From Obrimoposthia wandeli (taxonomy: Eukaryota), in NCBI GenBank assembly GCA_977020255.1, contig CDROCS010002749.1, positions 1 to 64,000 of the forward strand: a DNA stretch of 64,000 bases, read 5' to 3'. Under the pieces are notes generated by a model that ran no database searches, was not told where the DNA came from, and saw only the letters and a list, made by a program, of their open reading frames with translations. A program made the translations under genes and the position numbers. This document shows positions 21,519 to 29,417 of the stretch, one piece after another. Every line of letters starts with the position of its first letter. Within the stretch, counting starts at the first letter, position 1.

Positions 21519-22819
21519 CATTGCTTAAAAATACAATGCTATTATCGCAAGATGAAATTTCTATTAACCAGCAACTATCCTGGGAAAAGCAAAGCAAGTA
21601 TGTGCTAAATAATTCGCCTTTCTATCAAAATTTATGGAATGGCCTATTACCACCTAAAGATTTATGTGATTTGCCGAACTTGCCTTTATCTGATAAATCT
21701 CAATTACGTATTTCTCAAGAAAACTATCCCCCTTATGGTAATTATCTAGCTGCTCCACGATCCGCCGTGACACGCCATCACCGTACTTCTGGTACGACAG
21801 GACAGGCGATGAATTTGGCTTTATCTGCTCTGGATTGTGAAATAACCCAAGTTGTTGGCGGTCGTAGTCAGCAATCTGCAGGATTAACGCCAGATCACAC
21901 TGTTGTGCATTGTTTGAATTACCAAATGTGGATGGGCGGCGTAACAGATCATTTGACGCTAGAGCGGACAGGTGCAACGGTTGTGCCGTATGGCGTTGGG
22001 GGCACTGAAAAATTGATAGAAACAATTTTAGCCATTGGTATCAATGCAATATCCTGCACGCCATCTTACCCAGCAGTTTTAGAAAAAGTTCTTAAAGATA
22101 AATTTCCAAACCTATCGCCTAAAGATTTAGGCTTAAAGTTAGGGCTGTTTGGCGGCGAAGCCGGCCTTGATGATCCACTTTTGCGAGCAAAAATTCGTAA
22201 CACTTGGGGTATGGAACCGCGTAATGCTAATTATGGCGTATCTGATGTGCTTTCAAATTTCGCCGCTCAGTGTGAGCATGATACTAGCTTACATTTTCTA
22301 GCAGCCGATGTGTTGTATCCGGAATTAATTAATCCAGATAGCGGAGCACATGTAGCCATTAAGGCGGGTAATGAAGGTGAACTTGTGCTGACTCACCTAA
22401 AACGAGAGTGTCAGCCATTAGTGCGATTTAAATCAGGTGACATTATCACTATAGATGAAACAGATCCGTGTCAGTGTGGGCGCGGCGGATTTAGATTTAG
22501 GGTGGTTGGGCGCAGCGACGATATGATAGTTATTCGTGGCCTTAATATTTTTCCGACAATGGTCGCCGCTGTAATTAATGGGTTTGCTGATTTATCCGGA
22601 AACTACACAATTGTACTAGATAAACAGCCGCCATATGATTACTTGCCAGTACAGGTAGAGCTAGCACCCTTTAGCCAAGCTAGTACAAACTTAACTGCAA
22701 ACGTTGAGACAGCAATAAAAACCAAATTGGGTGCCAGTGCTAAAATTACTATTTTGCCCCCCAACAGTTTCCCTGTGACTGAGGGTAAAACCAAGCGAGT
22801 TGTGAGGACATATCAATGA
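21515..22819 (+). CDS. Phenylacetate-CoA ligase (PaaK)-like acyl-CoA ligase
   Basis: HHRTSGTTGQ AMP-binding loop, NYGVSD, PLVRFKSGD, GRSDDMIVIRGLNIFP. ATG 21515 overlaps the TetR stop (ATGA). Confidence 0.85.
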   Translation: MTLLKNTMLLSQDEISINQQLSWEKQSKYVLNNSPFYQNLWNGLLPPKDLCDLPNLPLSDKSQLRISQENYPPYGNYLAAPRSAVTRHHRTSGTTGQAMNLALSALDCEITQVVGGRSQQSAGLTPDHTVVHCLNYQMWMGGVTDHLTLERTGATVVPYGVGGTEKLIETILAIGINAISCTPSYPAVLEKVLKDKFPNLSPKDLGLKLGLFGGEAGLDDPLLRAKIRNTWGMEPRNANYGVSDVLSNFAAQCEHDTSLHFLAADVLYPELINPDSGAHVAIKAGNEGELVLTHLKRECQPLVRFKSGDIITIDETDPCQCGRGGFRFRVVGRSDDMIVIRGLNIFPTMVAAVINGFADLSGNYTIVLDKQPPYDYLPVQVELAPFSQASTNLTANVETAIKTKLGASAKITILPPNSFPVTEGKTKRVVRTYQ

Positions 22820-23580
22820 AAAATTTCACCTACGAATGCGTGCAATCTACTTTAAATGACAAGGGGGTGCGCACTATCGCTTTAAACCGTCCCGCTAGTT
22901 TGAATGCAATGAATCGGCAATTAATTGAAGATGTATCAACCGCTTTTGATGATGCGAATAAAGATCCGAAAACTTTAGTAATCATCTTTACGGGCGTAGG
23001 ACGAGCGTTTTGTGCCGGTGATGATCGTGAGCAGCATGTTCACCCAGAAAACGAAGCACAAGCACGCAGCTTAGTAGATGCAATCCAGCGGGCTACACAG
23101 GCAATTACGTTTGGTGCAAAGCCTGTTGTCGGCGCAATTAACGGGTGGGCAGTTGGCGGTGGGTTTGAATGGGCGATTAACTGTGATTTTCCAATCTGGG
23201 GAGAAAGCGCCAAGGCGTTTTTTCCAGAAGTCTCTTTGAATTTGTTTGTTACTGGTGGCGTCACATCCTTGCTACCGGCTTTAGTTGGATTGAATAAGGC
23301 GCGGGAAATGTTGATGCTTGGCGAAAGATATAACGCAAATGAGCTTTTAAAAGCAGGGGTTGCGTGGCGAGTTTCAACAGATGAGAAACTCTTGGAGGAT
23401 GCGAGAAACGTTGCACAAAAGCTCGCTTTACTCCCTCCTTTATCATTGCACGCCATGAAGCGTGTTCTAAATCAAACCGCATCAAGTAATATCAATGCAG
23501 CGATTTCGTTGGAGAGTGAAGCAACCATCAGCGGATTTATGGATCCAAAAACAACCCAGTTATTAACCGATTTTTCTTGA
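22816..23580 (+). CDS. Enoyl-CoA hydratase/isomerase (crotonase) family protein
   Basis: LNRPASLNAMN, RAFCAGDD, VGAINGWAVGGGFEWAINCD, FFPEVSL. ATGA overlap with the ligase stop. Confidence 0.88.
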   Translation: MKNFTYECVQSTLNDKGVRTIALNRPASLNAMNRQLIEDVSTAFDDANKDPKTLVIIFTGVGRAFCAGDDREQHVHPENEAQARSLVDAIQRATQAITFGAKPVVGAINGWAVGGGFEWAINCDFPIWGESAKAFFPEVSLNLFVTGGVTSLLPALVGLNKAREMLMLGERYNANELLKAGVAWRVSTDEKLLEDARNVAQKLALLPPLSLHAMKRVLNQTASSNINAAISLESEATISGFMDPKTTQLLTDFS

Positions 23581-23981
23581 AAAATAACAAGTTAAAATCT
23601 CGATGACTAAAGCATAGCTTGAGCTTTCAATAAAGCGACGTAAAAGATCGATTAAACTCCTCAAGCATTACAGAGCCGTATGATAAATGCTCCATATAAA
23701 CGGATTATTCAATTAATTTCGATAATGAACCATTAAGGTGATAGTCTCAAATTGAATTATGAATCGGATGCATTGAACGCTATATTTTCACGGTGACAGC
23801 TTTGAGTTCCCGTATCAGATTATCGTTAAGCTAAGATAAGCTCATGAAAAGTGTCCACCTGCTTAGATCAATTTTTATCTCGCTTTTTTTAGAATACATA
23901 TATAAATTAAAATATTGGAGGTATAATTAATTAAGATTGTATATAAATCGACCACCAACCAATAGTCATATGAAGGGACTA

Positions 23982-24536
23982 ATGATGTCTGCACAAGATA
24001 CAAAAATTGAAAAAAATACAGATGAGCAAGTGATTGAGCAAAAGGCCCCATCTGAACTCGATCAGTTAAGAAATATCGTTTTTGGTGCAGCCAAAGAAGA
24101 CTTAGAATCACAGCTCAGTGAATTACGAAGTGACGTGCAGCAACAATTCAAAGAGGCTGCACAGCTACAAGAACAGCAGATAGAGGCACTAAAAATCGCC
24201 CTAGATGAAAATGTAATTAAACTTGACCAGCGCATTACAGTAGTGGATACACAGCACGAAAATAGATCAGCTGAGTTATCCGAATACGCTGATCAGATTG
24301 CTGCTGAAGTAGAATCAAACGATACGAATAGCAGACAACAGGATGATGAAATTCGTAAAACCCTCGATTTTGAAGTAGATAGCTTGACCAAAAAATTTAC
24401 CAAGCAACATAATCAAACTATCGATTTACTTAATCAAGTTAAAAAGGATCTTAATAGCTCCAAGACTGATAGAAAAACACTGGCTAAACTTCTTGCTACC
24501 GTCGCAAGTAATCTTGAAACCGATGAAGACAACTAA
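23982..24536 (+). CDS. Hypothetical all-helical/coiled-coil protein; first gene of the small-GTPase operon
   Basis: Heptad-like Q/E/L-rich sequence with ELDQLRNIVFG and KTDRKTLAKLLATVA motifs. RBS AAGGGA precedes ATG 23982. Confidence 0.8.
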   Translation: MMSAQDTKIEKNTDEQVIEQKAPSELDQLRNIVFGAAKEDLESQLSELRSDVQQQFKEAAQLQEQQIEALKIALDENVIKLDQRITVVDTQHENRSAELSEYADQIAAEVESNDTNSRQQDDEIRKTLDFEVDSLTKKFTKQHNQTIDLLNQVKKDLNSSKTDRKTLAKLLATVASNLETDEDN

Positions 24537-24544
24537 TATTGCCA

Positions 24545-26518
24545 ATGGAAACTAATAATACTTCCACTAGTGATGACGCCTTAGCATTAGAATCTTTTAA
24601 GAAAATTATTCTAGGTAAGAATAGTCAGCATATTAGAGATGTCATAGAGGAAGATGCAAGAGAATTGGTTAGTAAGGTTTTAACGGAAGCTCTTCATGAT
24701 AGGGAGAAAGCTGATGGTACTGTAAGCCAAATTCTTACACCCGTAGTAGAAATGGCAGTAGAAAAGTCAGTCACCGATAATAAAGACTTGTTTATCGGTT
24801 ATTTATATCCTTTAGTCGGCGGCTTAGTTAGAAAATCTGTTAGTTCTTTTTTAGCAAGTTTAGTTGAACAAACTAACCAGTTGTTAGAAAGTAGTTTTAC
24901 AATAAAGGGAATCTATTGGCGGTTTAAAGCCTGGCAAGCAGGCCTTTCATATTCACAATATGTCATTAAACAGAATTTTTCCTTTAGAGTAGAGCAAATA
25001 CTGCTGATTCATACCGAAACAAGTATGTTGCTCAATACTGTGATCAAGGATAAAACACAAGCGACTGACGGCGATATGGTTTCTGCCATGTTAAGTGCTA
25101 TCAATGATTTTGTTGGTGACTCTTTCGAACAAGAAAATACAGATAAGCAAAGCTTAGATGAAATCAAAACAGACGATTTTACCTTGCTCATCAAGCAGGG
25201 ACCACAGGCGATGCTCGTCGCTGCTATTACGGGAAACCCACCCGCTGATATTGGGGAAAAACTACAACTAAATCTTGAAACCATTCATAAGATTTATGGC
25301 GCAGAACTCCATGATTTTGATGGGGATTCGCAGGCCTTTGCGAATACTGATCAACAATTGAATAAATGCTTAGTTGAGCGGCAAAAGCAATCAGAGGTTA
25401 CTGGTAAGAAACGACCTTGGTTAGCGATGATTTTACTGTTGGTTTTTGCTATCGTATGTGGCTATTTCTTTTCAAAGCAATGGCTACTGGATTCGAAAAT
25501 TCAGCAAATCAATGCGCTTGATTCAGTGCCTGGAATTGTTTTATTAGATACACATGCATGCTCAGAAAATATTTGTATTGAATTAATGCGCGACCCCTTG
25601 GCAGAACCCGCATTATCCTGGCTTAAAAAGGCAAACTTAACTGGCACTGGCATTGATATAATTGAACACACTTATCGTTCAGCAGATACTAAATTAATAG
25701 GAAATATTCAGCTTAGTAAGATAAAGTCTCTCACTAGCGCGCCGGGCATTATTTTACTTGATGCCTTCATATGTGAAGAAAAAATTTGTATTGAGTTATT
25801 GCGTGATCCCATTGCTGAATCTGCATTATTATGGTTAAAAAAAGCCAACTTAGCCGGTACTGAGTTAGTTGTTAGTGAACGTGCCTATCGATCTTTAGAT
25901 GAAAATTTAATCGATATGCGCCTTTACTTGTTGATTAAAGGCTACCCTGGATTATCGTATGCTAATGGAGTTTTTCAGGGCCAGCTAAAACAATCTGTAC
26001 TCACCAAGTTTAAACGAGTGGTGAGTGCATTACCTGATAAATTGGATTTAACCTTATTGTTCTCGAAGCTTGAAATAATCCCTAGGACATTATCATCAGA
26101 TTATAAAATTAATCGAGCCCTATTAGATCAGAGTATTACAAAATTACAAAACACTACTATAATCTTTGATGAAGGCGAAAGTCATTTGCGCCCTTTCTCT
26201 ATCAAGAAACTAAAACTTGTTAGTGAAAATATTACTGAAATACTCGATCTTGCTGAGCTACTGGATTACAACATTGAAATTATTGTGATGGGGGCGAGCA
26301 GTTCAACAGGTAATAAAGCTTTTAACGAGCAACTGAGCCGTAAACGAGCAGCCTCAGTCAGAAAGAACCTCATTAAGAACAAGTTAAATAAAGATATAGT
26401 GCAGGCGATTGGACTTGGAAGTATCAATGAAAAAGCTCGCCGTGTTATGTTCTCCGTGGTTAAACTTACTGCGCAAAACAGCGATTTGGATGTAGATATA
26501 ATGGCGCCGATAAGATGA
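24545..26518 (+). CDS. Membrane protein: helical N-terminus, putative longin/roadblock-like domain, single TM, duplicated periplasmic repeat, OmpA-like C-terminal domain
   Basis: TM WLAMILLLVFAIVCGYFF. OmpA-like motif IVMGASSSTGNKAFNEQLSRKRAASVRKNL...GLG...ARRVMF. Start is ATG 24545 or TTG 24539. Confidence 0.8.
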   Translation: METNNTSTSDDALALESFKKIILGKNSQHIRDVIEEDARELVSKVLTEALHDREKADGTVSQILTPVVEMAVEKSVTDNKDLFIGYLYPLVGGLVRKSVSSFLASLVEQTNQLLESSFTIKGIYWRFKAWQAGLSYSQYVIKQNFSFRVEQILLIHTETSMLLNTVIKDKTQATDGDMVSAMLSAINDFVGDSFEQENTDKQSLDEIKTDDFTLLIKQGPQAMLVAAITGNPPADIGEKLQLNLETIHKIYGAELHDFDGDSQAFANTDQQLNKCLVERQKQSEVTGKKRPWLAMILLLVFAIVCGYFFSKQWLLDSKIQQINALDSVPGIVLLDTHACSENICIELMRDPLAEPALSWLKKANLTGTGIDIIEHTYRSADTKLIGNIQLSKIKSLTSAPGIILLDAFICEEKICIELLRDPIAESALLWLKKANLAGTELVVSERAYRSLDENLIDMRLYLLIKGYPGLSYANGVFQGQLKQSVLTKFKRVVSALPDKLDLTLLFSKLEIIPRTLSSDYKINRALLDQSITKLQNTTIIFDEGESHLRPFSIKKLKLVSENITEILDLAELLDYNIEIIVMGASSSTGNKAFNEQLSRKRAASVRKNLIKNKLNKDIVQAIGLGSINEKARRVMFSVVKLTAQNSDLDVDIMAPIR

Positions 26519-27009
26519 TTAATAAGAAAATTTGTATGCTGGGCCCTTCTGCTGTTGGAAAAACAAGTTTAGTAAAGCGTTATGTGAATGGTATTTTTTC
26601 TGATAAATATCTAACTAGTATTGGGGTGAAAATAGATAAAAAGGCGATCTCATTAGACGGCGAAAATATTCAGCTTATGCTTTGGGACATTGAAGGTGTA
26701 GATCGCTACTGCGGATTTAACCCTAAGTTTATTAGAGGCGCTGCGGTTGCTATTATAGTCGTTGACCAATCTCGAATACAGTCCTTACAAGATGGTTTTG
26801 AAATTAGCCGTTTGGTTAAAGCTGAAAAGGATATTCCTATTATTTTGGTTATTAATAAAAGCGATCTAAAGCCTGCTGATGATTGGCACTGTCTATTAGA
26901 AAATGAAGATCAATCTCTATTCCAAGCGCAATATTTCACAAGTGCCAAATTGAACAGCGGTGTTGAAGAAATGTTTTTTGATGCGGCTAGAATATCAATT
27001 AATAAGTAA
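26515..27009 (+). CDS. Ras/Rab-like small GTPase (prokaryotic Rup-type)
   Basis: 164 aa with G1 GPSAVGKT, G2 region YLTSIG, G3 LWDIEG, G4 NKSD, G5 TSAK. ATGA overlap with the OmpA-protein stop. Confidence 0.92.
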   Translation: MINKKICMLGPSAVGKTSLVKRYVNGIFSDKYLTSIGVKIDKKAISLDGENIQLMLWDIEGVDRYCGFNPKFIRGAAVAIIVVDQSRIQSLQDGFEISRLVKAEKDIPIILVINKSDLKPADDWHCLLENEDQSLFQAQYFTSAKLNSGVEEMFFDAARISINK

Positions 27010-27032
27010 TTTTAAAGATAGAGATACCGATA

Positions 27033-29159
27033 ATGCAGGCTTCACTACTTCAGAAATTAGGGATACTCGATTGCGCCGTGTTAGAAAAGAAATCGGACGC
27101 TACATTTAGCCTAATTCATTCAAATAAAGCATGGCTAAGCGCTATTTTGCCAGACGGTTTTGATAGTGGAGTTATTCTTGAGAATGGTATTTCGGATTAT
27201 TTAAATGACTTCTTATACGATGCCATTCCGTTTTGGGATAGGAATATCGATGGAAAGATAAATTCAGGAATTTGGACTGAGCAGACCTCTAGCGGACTGT
27301 GGAGGTTAGAAGCCTCTGCGATAACAAATGATAATGCACATTATCTTGTTATTATTAATATCGCCAATGAGCACAATAGCCGCCAAAGATTGCTGCAGGT
27401 TGCTAGAGAATTATTGGTTTCAAATGATCAAATATTAGAGCAGCACCAATTAATGCATGCACGTATATCATCACTAACATATAGCCCTGATAGTGAATCT
27501 GCCCCACACACTGTGATAGAAGAGTTAATAAGACATACTGAATTTGGTATTGCTGTCGTAGATGTTAATATGCAACCGCTAGAGCAAAATCCGGCTCTGT
27601 TTCAGATGTTTGAGCTTAAAAGTGATACTAAAGCGCAACCAATTAGTATCATATTAGATCTTTGCCAGCGTCAATTTCCTGAATTTACAAGAATATTCTC
27701 AAGACAAGAGAAATGGACTGGTGAGTTGTATTGGGTCAAGCCTGATGCCATAAGTCGCTGGCTTCAACTGACTATTTGTCCAGTTAAGAGTGATACCAAT
27801 GAACTCTCAAATTGGCTGTTTTTGTTAACGGATATTAGCCGCGAAAAGTATCTTCAACAAAGTAATGAGAAGCTCATTTATTTCGATGTAATGACTGATT
27901 TACCCAATAGGAAATACTTTTGGCATAGCTTGGAAAGTGCCATAGATAAAAATTCTTCATTTTTTGTACTACGTATGAATATCAAGCATGTACAGCGTAT
28001 CAATGAAGCTTATGGTTACTCTATTGGTGACGAAGTTATTATAGAAGTTGTGTCACGGCTAAAATTATTTATTGACAATGGCTCCATTTTTGCTCGGCTT
28101 GGCGGTAATGAATTCGCGATGATTTTCTATTTGTCAGAGCAAAAAGAATGTGAACATGTTGCAAAACAGCTGATTGAAATAGCATGTAAGCCTATAAGGA
28201 TTTCCAGCCAATTACAGTTTCAAATTAAACTCGACATAGGTGTAGCACATTACCCAAATGATGAAGTTTGTGCAGAAGAACTCATTCGATATGCGGATTT
28301 AGCGGCTTTTTTTGGTAAGGAGAAAGAGAAAAATAGTATTCACTTTTACTCAGAAAATCTTAAAAATCAATCGATATTGCGTATTGAATTAGAAGCATCT
28401 TTGCGCAATGCTATAGAGCAGAAGCAATTTGAACTCTATTTACAGCCAATATATGATCTTAATACAGGCGTAGTCATCAAAGCGGAAGCACTGATTCGCT
28501 GGAACAAACCGGGTGTTGGATTAGTTGGACCTGATGAGTTTATCCATATAGCTGAAGAAACGGGTTTAATCGTCGCAATTGGGCAGTGGGTTATTGATGA
28601 GTCTATTCGGTTGCTTGAAATATTACACAATCAAAATAGACACATTACCTTAGCAATCAATTTATCTCCGGTACAAATTCAAGATCAACACTTATTAAGT
28701 ACTATCAAAAATAGTGTTTCCCACAGTAAAATTAATGTCGCCTCTTTTCTTCAATTAGAGTTAACGGAAGGCGTGTTAATCGAAGATTTTGACAAAATAC
28801 AAGTCTTCTTAAGCGAAGTGAGAAAACTTGGCATTACCACTGCTATCGATGATTTTGGTACGGGGTATAGTTCTCTATCATATTTACAGAAGCTACCAAT
28901 TGATCACTTAAAAATTGATCGCTCATTTATTCAAGCATTAAATATCGATAATAGCGAGAATGCAATTGTGCTTGCTATTATCGCGATGGCAGAAAGCTTA
29001 AAACTTGGAGTGATAGCAGAAGGCGTAGAAAATGAGATGCAACAAGAGTTTTTAAGAATTAATAATTGCCAGTCTGCACAGGGGTATTTATTTAGCCGGC
29101 CCCTACCATTTGCTCATTTCATTGAATCATCTAGCTTGTGGCCTCTAACGATTAGTTAG
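27033..29159 (+). CDS. PAS/GGDEF(degenerate)/EAL c-di-GMP phosphodiesterase with an unrecognised N-terminal input domain
   Basis: EAL motifs intact (KAEALIRW, NLS, ELTE, DDFGTGYSSLSYL, KIDRSF, EGVE, QGY). The GGDEF signature reads GGNEF (28101-28115). Confidence 0.9.
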   Translation: MQASLLQKLGILDCAVLEKKSDATFSLIHSNKAWLSAILPDGFDSGVILENGISDYLNDFLYDAIPFWDRNIDGKINSGIWTEQTSSGLWRLEASAITNDNAHYLVIINIANEHNSRQRLLQVARELLVSNDQILEQHQLMHARISSLTYSPDSESAPHTVIEELIRHTEFGIAVVDVNMQPLEQNPALFQMFELKSDTKAQPISIILDLCQRQFPEFTRIFSRQEKWTGELYWVKPDAISRWLQLTICPVKSDTNELSNWLFLLTDISREKYLQQSNEKLIYFDVMTDLPNRKYFWHSLESAIDKNSSFFVLRMNIKHVQRINEAYGYSIGDEVIIEVVSRLKLFIDNGSIFARLGGNEFAMIFYLSEQKECEHVAKQLIEIACKPIRISSQLQFQIKLDIGVAHYPNDEVCAEELIRYADLAAFFGKEKEKNSIHFYSENLKNQSILRIELEASLRNAIEQKQFELYLQPIYDLNTGVVIKAEALIRWNKPGVGLVGPDEFIHIAEETGLIVAIGQWVIDESIRLLEILHNQNRHITLAINLSPVQIQDQHLLSTIKNSVSHSKINVASFLQLELTEGVLIEDFDKIQVFLSEVRKLGITTAIDDFGTGYSSLSYLQKLPIDHLKIDRSFIQALNIDNSENAIVLAIIAMAESLKLGVIAEGVENEMQQEFLRINNCQSAQGYLFSRPLPFAHFIESSSLWPLTIS

Positions 29160-29417
29160 AATTTGCAACTGTAGTATAGTCATAACCCGTGATTATTAGT
29201 GATAATAGGGTATAGCGGGTATGGCCTTGTGTTTTTCTGGTAGGTTAAAAAATAAAATTGGATTCTGAATCCTTGTTTTATACGCAATTTTTCACCAACG
29301 GAAATAAACTCTATATTTAGTTTTCTGTTGCCCTATAAAGCTTACCTATAACAGCGTAGAATTGACGCCCTTTAGATGAAACTAGGTTTGCACTGCGGTG
29401 CACTAACATAAAAAATT

